Part shown: positions 28,739 to 37,949 of the stretch, piece after piece | How positions within the stretch are numbered: the stretch's first letter is position 1 | Layout of the letters: every line of letters starts with the position of its first letter | DNA from: Candidatus Heimdallarchaeota archaeon | GTDB lineage: Archaea > Asgardarchaeota > Heimdallarchaeia > Heimdallarchaeales > Heimdallarchaeaceae | Length of the DNA: 44,648 nucleotides | Reading direction: 5' to 3' | Assembly (NCBI GenBank): GCA_030668825.1 | Contig: DAOVET010000012.1 | Location: 1 to 44,648, forward strand | Notes under the pieces: generated by a model | The model's input: only the letters and a program-made list of their open reading frames with translations | Told to the model about the DNA's origin: nothing | Databases searched by the model: none | Made by a program: the position numbers and the translations under genes

Positions 28739-29785
28739 TTATTCAACAAAATAGATTGATTGTCTAGCATCTCTTAGATGAGGTCTTTGATTAACGACCC
28801 CTTTCTCTTTGAGAATAGATAGAGCGTTTCGAACAGTTCTATTGGGTAATCCTGTACTTTCAATCAATTCTTTCTGTGTCATTTCTCCTTCAGTTAAAAG
28901 CAATTTAAAAATATATTTTGCAGAAGGAGGAACACGTTCTAAAGATCTAAGATCTAATTCAACTAATCTATTTCTTAGTTTAGCAAGTATGTTTTTCTTA
29001 GCTTGAAATCGTATTATTCTAGCTGTTGATGACGATTTTCTAACCAATACTTCCTCATCGATACCTATTCTTATTTGACCATCAATTATTGCTTCCAGGG
29101 GAGATCTTGAACGCAAGTTTACCAATTTAATCTCTGAATCAATTGGAACTACCATAGGAATGTGTTCTTTATTCAATGGATTAACTGGAACTATAATCAA
29201 AACATCTGGGTTACCAAAAGCTATGGGACCTCCTGAGGAGAGAGCATAACCTGTACTTCCTAGAGAGGTAGACACAATTAGTCCATCAGCTCTACCTCTA
29301 TAAAGCTGATTCTTATCTATTATTAACGTATAATTCATTAAAAGTGCTGAATCTTTTGGGAATATAGCTATCTCATTTAGTGCAGGAATTGGCATAACAT
29401 TCCCAGAATCTAGAAAAACTACTCTATGATAATTATCGACATCATATTTTCGATTTAAGATACTTGTTAAGGTATACTGAAGATTAACTGGACTTATTTC
29501 AGTAAAGAAACTTACACTTTCAGACGACGCAGCAACAACAGGAATAGATGATTTTGAAAGAAAAATAGCTCTAAGAAATGTACCTGCATCGCCTACTGAA
29601 ATAATGCAATTTGCTTTTTGTGTGGAGAAACCTTTCATCTGATTTTCCCAATTGTTTTCATTCAATTCTTCATCTTCGAATTCAATGATTTCAACTTCTG
29701 GATCAATTTCAAGAAGCGTTCCCTTAATTATTTCAGCAAATTTTTGCGAGATAATATCATTGGACACATATAGAGCCAAAATCAT
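28739..29785 (-). CDS. NAD-kinase-fold protein with degenerate catalytic motif, fused to a C-terminal winged HTH
   Basis: ALNE and ADGLIVSTSLGSTGYALSSGGP retained; GGDGT replaced by GDAGT. C-terminal PPSAK...TQKEL..STGLPNRTVRNALSILKEKG...DARQSIY is a MarR-like wHTH. Confidence 0.9.
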   Translation of the reverse strand: MILALYVSNDIISQKFAEIIKGTLLEIDPEVEIIEFEDEELNENNWENQMKGFSTQKANCIISVGDAGTFLRAIFLSKSSIPVVAASSESVSFFTEISPVNLQYTLTSILNRKYDVDNYHRVVFLDSGNVMPIPALNEIAIFPKDSALLMNYTLIIDKNQLYRGRADGLIVSTSLGSTGYALSSGGPIAFGNPDVLIIVPVNPLNKEHIPMVVPIDSEIKLVNLRSRSPLEAIIDGQIRIGIDEEVLVRKSSSTARIIRFQAKKNILAKLRNRLVELDLRSLERVPPSAKYIFKLLLTEGEMTQKELIESTGLPNRTVRNALSILKEKGVVNQRPHLRDARQSIYFVE

Positions 29786-29946
29786 GGTTTCATCTACATT
29801 CCTTACTTGACTATTAATGATTAATGTTTATTTATATTTATCCACAGAAAACCAAACTTAAGATGTTTTTAACATACACATCACCAATACATAAATGAAC
29901 TTAGAAGCATTCAAACATACTTCTTCAATCTTTTTCTTTAAGAATA

Positions 29947-29965
29947 ATAGGCAATTATTGCTTAT
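29947..29965. promoter_or_regulatory. Imperfect palindrome, candidate operator
   Basis: atagGCAATtATTGCttat in the divergent NADK-HTH/nadA spacer. Confidence 0.35.
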
Positions 29966-29982
29966 ACTATGCTAGAAATTGC

Positions 29983-30024
29983 TTCAATAGTGTATTTTTC
30001 TTGAGTTTCAAGACTTCTATTGAA
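29983..30024. promoter_or_regulatory. Nested inverted repeats upstream of the nadA promoter, candidate operator
   Basis: ttcaatag 29983-29990 / ctattgaa 30017-30024 enclosing tcttga-gtt-tcaaga 29999-30013. Confidence 0.35.
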
Positions 30025-30059
30025 AAATTTAGTTCAATTTTGACCTTAATCAAACAGTC

Positions 30060-30067
30060 TTTAAATA
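30060..30067 (+). promoter_or_regulatory. TATA box of nadA-nadC
   Basis: TTTAAATA 28 nt upstream of ATG 30096. Confidence 0.55.
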
Positions 30068-30095
30068 CAATTCATAAAAGGGTAGTCCGGTTGAG

Positions 30096-31121
30096 ATGGT
30101 GGTTGTAGAAGAAACTCCTGAAATAAGAAGTGAGGAGTTTGGTTTACTAGAGGAAGAAGTGGGTAGGTTATTTAATAAATTGAATCCTCTAGGATGGACT
30201 AAAAATGCTTGTGAATCAATTGCTCCCTTCACATATAGAATCAACCAACTAAAGAAAGAGAAGGGGTTTAAGATACTTGCTCATTCCTATCAAACAGCTG
30301 ATATTATTTTTGGAATTGCAGATATTGTTGGTGATTCGCTTGCACTTGCTAAAAAAGCTACCGAACTTAAAGAGAAACGAATTCTTTTCTGTGGAGTAGA
30401 TTTTATGGCAGAATCTGTGAAAATTCTTAATCCAGAGAAACTAATTTTAGTTCCAGCAAAAGGAAGGGATTGTACTCTAGCAGATTCAATAACAGGTGAA
30501 GATGTTAGAAAACTTAAGGAAGAATATCCAGGAGTTCCTGTTGTTTGTTATGTCAATACAAATGCAGATGTAAAAGCTGAGTCTGATATTTGTTGTACCT
30601 CAGCTAATGCACAAAAAATTATAGAAGGTTTGGAAGAAGATACTATTGTATTTATTCCTGATGAGAATATGGGAAATAATTTAGCAAAAATTACTGGAAA
30701 AAAGATTATAACTTGGCCCGGTTCCTGTAGAACTCATAACGCTCTCTCAATTAAAAGATTAGAGAAGTTAATTCCTGATGAGAACACCAAAACTTTTGCT
30801 CATCTTGAATGCCGACCTAAAATCATTAATTCTGTAGATTTTGCAGGTGGAACAGGTGACATGCACAGGTATACAACCAAAGTTCCTAAAGGTGAAAGGG
30901 TTCTTTTCTTAACTGAACAAGGGTTCATCGACAGAATGAAAGTTGAATATCCTGATGTTCAGTTTGAAGATAGTAAAATGATATGCATTAGCATGAAAAG
31001 AAATGACCTTTTCTCGACTTGGAAAGCTCTCGAAAATCCAACAGATGATAATGTTATTGAATTAGATGAAGAGATTCGTAAAAGAGCTTTCAGAGCTGTT
31101 AGCAATATGCTGAAATACTAA
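30096..31121 (+). CDS. nadA: Quinolinate synthase
   Basis: LAHSYQ, GDSLALA, FCGVDFMAE, three cluster Cys (CTLA, SCRTH, CISMK), YVNT, CCTSANA. Confidence 0.95.
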   Translation: MVVVEETPEIRSEEFGLLEEEVGRLFNKLNPLGWTKNACESIAPFTYRINQLKKEKGFKILAHSYQTADIIFGIADIVGDSLALAKKATELKEKRILFCGVDFMAESVKILNPEKLILVPAKGRDCTLADSITGEDVRKLKEEYPGVPVVCYVNTNADVKAESDICCTSANAQKIIEGLEEDTIVFIPDENMGNNLAKITGKKIITWPGSCRTHNALSIKRLEKLIPDENTKTFAHLECRPKIINSVDFAGGTGDMHRYTTKVPKGERVLFLTEQGFIDRMKVEYPDVQFEDSKMICISMKRNDLFSTWKALENPTDDNVIELDEEIRKRAFRAVSNMLKY

Positions 31122-31139
31122 TCAGAGAGTTAGAAAAGG

Positions 31140-31976
31140 ATGATACCCCTAGTTTTAGTAGATGAAGATATTAAAAAGTGGATAGAGGAAGATATACCTT
31201 ACTGGGATGTTACAACTTCACTTCTTCCTTGTATAGATGCTAAAGGAAAGATCTATTCAAAACAAGAAGGAGTTGTTGCTGGTCTCGTCTTCATAAAAAG
31301 AATCTTCGAGTTTTTAGGGTCAGAACTTGATATATTGGTAAAAGAGGGAGAGAAAGTATCAAAGAAAACAGCTGTTGCTTCTTTCAATGGAAATATACAC
31401 AATCTGCTGCAAGCTGAAAGAGTATCTTTGAATATTCTTGGAAGATTATCAGGAATTGCTACACAAACAGCTAAAATGATTGAAATAGCTCACGAAGTAA
31501 ATCCTCAATTGAAAATCTGTGCAACAAGAAAATTAGTTCCTGGTTTAGGGAAATATGATAAATATGCTGTTGTTGCTGGTGGAGGAGATACTCACAGGTT
31601 CAATCTATCTGATATGATTCTTCTTAAAGAAAATCATCTTAGAGGTTTCAGTTCAATCACTGAGGCAGTTAAAAAAGCTCAAGAGACCACTAGCTTCAGT
31701 AAGAAAATTGAGGTTGAGGTTCAAAATGAAGGGCAAGCTATGGAAGCAGCTAAAGCTGGTGTGGATATAATCATGTTAGATAATTTTTCTCTCCAACTAA
31801 TAAAGCTGACAATTCCAAAAATCAAGTCGATTAAGAAGGATGTGTTAATCGAATTATCAGGTAATATTAATCTTGAGAATCTACAAGAATTTGCATTAGA
31901 GGGAGTAGACCTAATATCCTCAGGCTCACTTACGCACTCAGTTAAGAATTTTGATTATACTATGTTGATAGAGTAG
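31140..31976 (+). CDS. nadC: Nicotinate-nucleotide pyrophosphorylase (quinolinate phosphoribosyltransferase)
   Basis: LSGIAT, TRK, HRFNLSD, LKENH, EVEV, IMLDN, GSLTHS. Confidence 0.95.
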   Translation: MIPLVLVDEDIKKWIEEDIPYWDVTTSLLPCIDAKGKIYSKQEGVVAGLVFIKRIFEFLGSELDILVKEGEKVSKKTAVASFNGNIHNLLQAERVSLNILGRLSGIATQTAKMIEIAHEVNPQLKICATRKLVPGLGKYDKYAVVAGGGDTHRFNLSDMILLKENHLRGFSSITEAVKKAQETTSFSKKIEVEVQNEGQAMEAAKAGVDIIMLDNFSLQLIKLTIPKIKSIKKDVLIELSGNINLENLQEFALEGVDLISSGSLTHSVKNFDYTMLIE

Positions 31977-31988
31977 AAAAAGAGGAGA

Positions 31989-33053
31989 TTAAAGAGGTAA
32001 GAAACTGTCTCCTTCTTTTATCGATTTTATAAAAGTAACTACAAGCTGAATAATGTTTTTCACATCATCAAGACTAATAATTTCAGAAGCTGTATGCATA
32101 TATCTGTTAGGAATTGCTAGCAAAGCTGTAGCTGCACCTGATAGTTGAATAGCATTAGCATCAGTTCCTGTTCCTCTTGGAGCAGCATGCTTCTGATATG
32201 GTATTTCATTCTTATCTGCAAGTTCAAATATTTTCTTTACAACAACAGGATTGAAATTTGGTCCGATAGAAATTATTGGTCCCCCACCTAATTTTGTATC
32301 TCCAAGTTGCTTTTTCTCCATTTCTGGAGCATCAGCAGCAAAACCAACATCAAACGCAAGTCCAATATCTGGTTTGATTTTCTCTGCAGCTATATGTGCT
32401 CCTCTAAGACCTATCTCTTCTTGAACAGTAGATACGCCATATACCCCAGCAAAGAAGCTTTTATCTTTAGATAACTCTTTCATAATCTCTGCAACAATAA
32501 ATGATCCTATGGCATCATCAAAACCAGAAGCAACTGCGTAATTGTTATCGCCTAATCTCTGATAACCATAATCAAAAACCGCGAAATCACCTACATCCAC
32601 CTTCTTAAGAGCTTCTTCTTTATCTTTGCATCCCAAATCTATGAAAAGTTTCTCCATTTCAGGAGCTTTTTTCCTTTCCTCAGCTTTCATTAAATGAACA
32701 GCTTTTTTCCCAATTACTCCTAGAAATTCACCTTTATTTGATATGACTCTTACTCTTTTCCCTGGAAGAGTAGTAGTATCAAATCCACCTAAGGGATGAA
32801 ACCAGAGATAACCATTATCATCTATGTGAGAGATTTGAAAACCAATCTGATCAATGTGACCTGCTAGCATAATTTTGAAAGGACTGTCAGGGTTAATTAT
32901 TGCATAAATATTGCCCACATTATCTACTTTAACTTTATCTACTTCATTTTCTAGATATGTTTTCACAACAACCTGAGCGGGAAATTCATAACCAGTTGCT
33001 CTTGGTGTTGTTACTAATTTTTTTAAGAATTCTTCATTTATTTCGTAGCTCAT
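31989..33053 (-). CDS. M42-family aminopeptidase (TET/FrvX-like)
   Basis: GHIDQIG, FDDAIG, VQEEIGLRGA, AFDV, GTDA, RYMHT. ATG 33053 follows the RBS gaaggtg. Confidence 0.92.
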   Translation of the reverse strand: MSYEINEEFLKKLVTTPRATGYEFPAQVVVKTYLENEVDKVKVDNVGNIYAIINPDSPFKIMLAGHIDQIGFQISHIDDNGYLWFHPLGGFDTTTLPGKRVRVISNKGEFLGVIGKKAVHLMKAEERKKAPEMEKLFIDLGCKDKEEALKKVDVGDFAVFDYGYQRLGDNNYAVASGFDDAIGSFIVAEIMKELSKDKSFFAGVYGVSTVQEEIGLRGAHIAAEKIKPDIGLAFDVGFAADAPEMEKKQLGDTKLGGGPIISIGPNFNPVVVKKIFELADKNEIPYQKHAAPRGTGTDANAIQLSGAATALLAIPNRYMHTASEIISLDDVKNIIQLVVTFIKSIKEGDSFLPL

Positions 33054-33189
33054 GGTGTAACACCTTCGATTTTTTCTTTTCAAAATAATTTTTAAAGATT
33101 TACTTATGAATTAGTTTGTTATCAACTTGAAACTGATGATTTTCATCATTCATCCAAAAAGTTAAGAAACCATAAGATTTTCCCAATTT

Positions 33190-33495
33190 ATGTCTGAGAC
33201 TGAAGGAATACAAGCAAAAGATATCCAAGCAAATGAAACTGAGAAAAAGCTAGCTAAGTTAGGTAAATATCTTCTCCTCTCATCTATAGCTATTCTATGG
33301 GCAGTTGCTGCAGCTTTAGGTATAAGAGACCTATGGCAGGGAAAGAGGATCCTTGAAACACCTTGGGTAATTTTTAGCCTTGTTCTTACTCTAGTTGTTA
33401 TTGTTCTTGTTGTTTATCCATTATTTTTAAATTTAAGAGATGATGTTCGTAATTATAACAAAAGAAAAGGGGAAAAAGAGAAACAAAATGAGTGA
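33190..33495 (+). CDS. Small 2-TM hypothetical membrane protein
   Basis: Two hydrophobic helices with charged termini. Confidence 0.7.
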   Translation: MSETEGIQAKDIQANETEKKLAKLGKYLLLSSIAILWAVAAALGIRDLWQGKRILETPWVIFSLVLTLVVIVLVVYPLFLNLRDDVRNYNKRKGEKEKQNE

Positions 33496-33502
33496 ATGAA
33501 AA

Positions 33503-36019
33503 TTACTCGTAATCTCGAATACTAAAGATTATTTTCGCTCCTTGTGTATAATCTCCCTCGATTCTATCTTCTATTCTTATAGAACCTTCATACGCTTTAA
33601 CAATCCTATAGATGAACATCATGCCCAATCCCCTTATTCTTTGTCCTGACTGGAAGCTATCAAGAATCTGTTGTTTTCTTTCATCAGAAATACCCTTTCC
33701 ATTATCTTCAATAACAATTTCCCAGAAATCCTTTTGTTGATCTTTAATTCTTGAAGCTGAAACAATAAAGCTTATTTTACTATTTTTCGCAGATTGTATT
33801 GAATTTTCAAAAATATTTGTGAATACATCTTCAAGGAACTTGTTTGCAGAAATTCTTATTTCAGTGTCAAAATTCTTTTTCAAACTAATATTGTGATTAG
33901 GATAGGCTTGTTCAAGAGTAGTTATAGCTTTGTTAATATATGTTTCTAATTTTCTTTTCACAAAAGGTTCGGCTGTTTTTTCTAAACTGCTCAGTTTTCG
34001 AATTCTGTCTTTAACTGTATTGGCTCTTTTAAGTATACGTATGGACTGTTCTATAAGCTTTGTAGATTCTTCAAAATCACCGTTTTGCATTTTTGCTAGT
34101 TCTAAGTAACCAAGGATAGCTTGGTGATAGTTACTTAAATCATGTGTAAAGAGATCCATAGCAAGCTCCGCTAAATGTATTGATTCTTTTTCTTTTCTTA
34201 TTGATTCATCTAGTTTAAGAGCCATATCCTCAAATGCAAAATAGACCTCGCTTACTTCTTTCGTCAACCTTTTAGATAGAACGAAGCTAACACTAAAGTC
34301 TCCTTCTGATATTGCTTTTATTCCTTTAAGAAGTGTAACTGCATAATTTGAAAAATTAAAGGCTATGTATAATGCAACAGCGCCTATAATTGCTATAATA
34401 GAAATTGAAGCAATTATTAAAATTATCTCTAAATATCTCAGATTATTTCTAAGTGTTGCTAATATTGGATCGAAATCTTCCATCACTAAATCTAATGGAG
34501 AAAAGTGAAGCATAAACCAAGGAATAGAGAAGATAGGGTGATACAATACTATATAGACTGTATCATTATGAGTCACAATTCTATAGCCTGATTGAAAATT
34601 AAGTACAGCATTGACACAAAATTGAAGTTCAGGATTTTCATAATCAGCCATATTTTCAGTTGGAAAGTCTTCTTTAGGTTTTCGTGAAACATTTGCAGCA
34701 TAATGAGGAGACAATAATATCTCTTTATCTGAATTTATAATCAGGGAATAATCATTTTCTGTGATGTCTAGCTCAAGTGTGTTCATCAGGTAATCAAGGT
34801 TCAAATCTAGAACCCAAAATCCTTGAAAATCATTCGTATCATTATAAACTGCTTGTCCTAAAGATATGAAAATATTTTGGTGCACATAATCAACACCTAA
34901 ATCTGAAAAATGACTTTCCATTCCTTTATTTGTTGATTCCTCTTCAGCTTGAAGCAACTCATTGTACCAAGGTCTCCGCTTCCAATCAAAATCTGCTGAA
35001 AGTCCTATTGAAAAAGAGCTACCATAATCAGGAAACCAGGGAAAAATCAAGATATAATTTGGAGTAGCGAAATAGACCCATTGTAACATCGGGTTCAATA
35101 AAGGAATCATAAAATCATACAGTTCCTTAAGTCTAGTATCAATATATCCAGAAGCTGTACCATTATATTTCCCTTTTATCAATCCAGTAAATTGCCCAGA
35201 TAATGAGCCATTAATACAACCTTCTATTCTTGATTTTGAACCAGAAGAAACTATAGAACAATTGTTATTTGTATAATGCTCTTTTACTAGAAAGAATGTA
35301 TCCAAATAGTCTGGTTCAAGTTGTGAGAGTTCTTCATCCAAACCTGTTGGAAAGGTGTAGAGACCTAGATTCCATTGTTCTAAGAATAGATTGCTGAAAG
35401 AGTTGGAATAATTTGTTTGATAATATTCTGTTATATTAATCATAAAAACTTCGTTATTCTTATGGGCATAAATAAAGACACTGCTCTGGTTAGAAAGTTC
35501 GCCCTCAAATGTTGCATTAATCTGTAAATAAAACTCACCTGATATATTTAGACGAGTCTCTATATCACCAAAAACACAACAACCTGTTGTTTCAAGATCA
35601 TTAATTCCATTTTTATCATGATCATAATATCCCAGGTTATTCTCTCTATCAACTTTCATATCTATTATACCATCAATGTAAGCATACTCGTCTGTACTGT
35701 TAAAATTTAGAAAATCATGTTGATAAAGAGTACTTGCTTCTTCTGAAAAAAATTGATTGACAATAGTCAAAGCAGTGTTATTTAATTCGGTTTTCATATT
35801 TCCCACAAGCTGGTCAAAAGATTGAACAAATTGATATGTTGAAATATCCATGCTCTGTATTTTTACCTCTAAATATTCCTCTGAAGCTTCCTTGGATATG
35901 CTTTGTAACCTTAGTTCCATTAACAGTATGATTGTTCCATTTATCAATAGCGTCATAACAAATAGAATTAGAGAAATGTACACTGCAAGGCGTCTAGCTA
36001 GACGTGTTCTCTTAACCAT
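33503..36019 (-). CDS. Membrane sensor histidine kinase (Cache-like, HAMP, HisKA, HATPase)
   Basis: Two TM helices, FDWKRRPWY Cache motif, HAMP (GDFS...EV), H-box FTHDLSN, N-box NIFENS, DNGKGI, GLGM. Confidence 0.9.
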   Translation of the reverse strand: MVKRTRLARRLAVYISLILFVMTLLINGTIILLMELRLQSISKEASEEYLEVKIQSMDISTYQFVQSFDQLVGNMKTELNNTALTIVNQFFSEEASTLYQHDFLNFNSTDEYAYIDGIIDMKVDRENNLGYYDHDKNGINDLETTGCCVFGDIETRLNISGEFYLQINATFEGELSNQSSVFIYAHKNNEVFMINITEYYQTNYSNSFSNLFLEQWNLGLYTFPTGLDEELSQLEPDYLDTFFLVKEHYTNNNCSIVSSGSKSRIEGCINGSLSGQFTGLIKGKYNGTASGYIDTRLKELYDFMIPLLNPMLQWVYFATPNYILIFPWFPDYGSSFSIGLSADFDWKRRPWYNELLQAEEESTNKGMESHFSDLGVDYVHQNIFISLGQAVYNDTNDFQGFWVLDLNLDYLMNTLELDITENDYSLIINSDKEILLSPHYAANVSRKPKEDFPTENMADYENPELQFCVNAVLNFQSGYRIVTHNDTVYIVLYHPIFSIPWFMLHFSPLDLVMEDFDPILATLRNNLRYLEIILIIASISIIAIIGAVALYIAFNFSNYAVTLLKGIKAISEGDFSVSFVLSKRLTKEVSEVYFAFEDMALKLDESIRKEKESIHLAELAMDLFTHDLSNYHQAILGYLELAKMQNGDFEESTKLIEQSIRILKRANTVKDRIRKLSSLEKTAEPFVKRKLETYINKAITTLEQAYPNHNISLKKNFDTEIRISANKFLEDVFTNIFENSIQSAKNSKISFIVSASRIKDQQKDFWEIVIEDNGKGISDERKQQILDSFQSGQRIRGLGMMFIYRIVKAYEGSIRIEDRIEGDYTQGAKIIFSIRDYE

Positions 36020-36074
36020 TAATATCTTATTAGAATTGTCTATTTTGAACTTTTCCCAAGTAATATCTTGAAAA

Positions 36075-36467
36075 TCATTGATAGGTGATGGTTAATATTT
36101 CTTGATTAGAACCAACTACAAATACGGATATTTCTCTTCCATTGTTGATGTCCTCTATTATCCATCTAAGTTGATGAAAGAATTTTTCACTCTGAAGTAG
36201 TAGACATTGATCAAATTCTAGTAGAAACCATTGTTTCTCTTTTGGTCGGGTTAAAGGTACCAAATTTCCCCAGAGATTATTATGACCCATTTTTTCCGGA
36301 TTACCATACAGAATTGGAAAAGAGGTGCACCTAGAGTTTAATCTATACTCCTCATTTTGACATCCAGAGTGCTTATTTAGGAAACCACAGTCAAAACAAC
36401 ATGCCCCACACCCTTTACATGAAGAGAAATAGAGATGCAGATGAGAATCTGGAATATTGTCATTCAT
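36075..36467 (-). CDS. CxxCxxCC Cys-cluster (YkgJ-like) metal-binding protein
   Basis: CKGCGACCFDCGFL...C...RCTSFP. ATG 36467 overlaps the upstream stop (ATGAATGA). Confidence 0.65.
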   Translation of the reverse strand: MNDNIPDSHLHLYFSSCKGCGACCFDCGFLNKHSGCQNEEYRLNSRCTSFPILYGNPEKMGHNNLWGNLVPLTRPKEKQWFLLEFDQCLLLQSEKFFHQLRWIIEDINNGREISVFVVGSNQEILTITYQ

Positions 36468-36774
36468 TTTGCTTCTGCTTCGCCTTATAAATCTCATATT
36501 GTTCTTTCATGTCTTCAACATCGTGAGACAAAATCTTTCCATGTTGCTTAAGGACTTCTAAAACTTCTTCTGGCTCATCTGCATGCCAATGAACCTTTAA
36601 CATACCTTTCATTCCAGTAATTGCTAGACTGTCTCCTACGCACTCTTTTATTATGTGCTCTTTTACTTTGGTTGAAAATTCTTTCAAAGTTTCTTTTGTT
36701 ATTTCTTTGTTTTGAATTACAGTTATAATATCATACTGAAAATTTACAGCTTCATCGTGAGGAACCTTTACCAT
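36460..36774 (-). CDS. Stand-alone FakA/DAK2-associated middle-domain protein
   Basis: VGDSL...LKVHWHADEPEEVL...G.I....VEDMKEQ resembles the GDSL..KVHVHT..P..I.NM..Q segment of FakA/YloV. Confidence 0.7.
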   Translation of the reverse strand: MVKVPHDEAVNFQYDIITVIQNKEITKETLKEFSTKVKEHIIKECVGDSLAITGMKGMLKVHWHADEPEEVLEVLKQHGKILSHDVEDMKEQYEIYKAKQKQNE

Positions 36775-36826
36775 AATAACACCTTACTACCTTATAGCTT
36801 CGATGAAAGAGGATATTTAAGAATTT

Positions 36827-37429
36827 TTACCTTGTTTTAATATTCAGGAAGGGAGATTTCTTCCACTTTCTTCTTCTAACTGCTATAAATGCAACAAATA
36901 CTAAGGCACTTAAGGTTGTGAGTACAGTTGTTGTATCTACTGTTGTTAAGATCGACACATCTACAAGAGCATTAGCATTCCCATCTCTATTGTCTACAAC
37001 TAGGATGTATTCTCTAACTCCTAAGTTCGTAATGGATGAATTAACAACAGTAGTATTTACATCAATTACTATTGTTGTATAATCAGTGTGCATTACATTT
37101 GCAGTCCCCAAATTTCCCTCGATAGTGATTTTAGAACCTTCTGAAATATTCGTTCCACCAAGATAAGCTGAAACAACCTCTCCGTTTCCGAAATTCCAAG
37201 CAGTAAAGGTATTGTTATCAAGAATAAAGATATTTATTGGACCTCCTTCATAAACTTCTATTGTCATCTGAAGAAACAAATTATCTTTACTTACCGTAAA
37301 GGATCTGTGACCTGTATCTCCAACTAGAACATTAAAATACCAATCAAATTTTTCAGCATTCACTAAAGATGCTGACATAAACAATACTATTGCAAGAAAA
37401 GATAATCCTATGGAAAGATTCTTTTTCAT
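36827..37429 (-). CDS. Exported beta-sandwich protein with C-terminal TM helix and basic tail (GOLD/p24-like?)
   Basis: Signal peptide ending VNA; IEVYEGGPINIFILD and EYILVVDN; single C-terminal TM helix, then RRRKWKK. Confidence 0.65.
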   Translation of the reverse strand: MKKNLSIGLSFLAIVLFMSASLVNAEKFDWYFNVLVGDTGHRSFTVSKDNLFLQMTIEVYEGGPINIFILDNNTFTAWNFGNGEVVSAYLGGTNISEGSKITIEGNLGTANVMHTDYTTIVIDVNTTVVNSSITNLGVREYILVVDNRDGNANALVDVSILTTVDTTTVLTTLSALVFVAFIAVRRRKWKKSPFLNIKTR

Positions 37430-37550
37430 AGTAGTAAGTTCTATTCCATCTCTTAAATAATTTTTGATTATTATCGGAGTTACTAGATTTTTTTAGATTT
37501 CGAAATATTTAATAGTCTTCTTCATATTCTCTAGTCGAAAGTGAAGTCCT

Positions 37551-37934
37551 ATGAAAAAAATTTATATTATCGAGGATGAGAAAGATATCAGTCATCTGTA
37601 CAGACTGTTGTTTGAGAGAGAGGGTATTGAGATAGAAGATATTGTTTCCAGTGGGAGAGTGGCTTTAGAAAAAATAGAAGAACTGAAAGAGAGAGTAGAA
37701 GATATTGTTTTTCTTATAGACAACAGAATTCCTGAAAAAACTGGGTTGGAAGTTGCAAAAAGACTGATAGAGATTTCACCAATTCTAAAAAATCAGATAA
37801 TTATTGCTACTGCTGATGACACGATTTCAAGAGAGCAAGTTGAAGATCTAGGAATTCCTTATTTTCTTAGAAAACCTTTCAGCTTAGATGAGTTACTCGC
37901 AACTATAGATACTATTGAAAATGAAGAAGAATGA
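37551..37934 (+). CDS. Single-domain response regulator (receiver)
   Basis: IIEDE, LIDNRIP phospho-Asp, ATA, KPF. Confidence 0.92.
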   Translation: MKKIYIIEDEKDISHLYRLLFEREGIEIEDIVSSGRVALEKIEELKERVEDIVFLIDNRIPEKTGLEVAKRLIEISPILKNQIIIATADDTISREQVEDLGIPYFLRKPFSLDELLATIDTIENEEE

Positions 37935-37949
37935 TATTTCTTTTGTATT

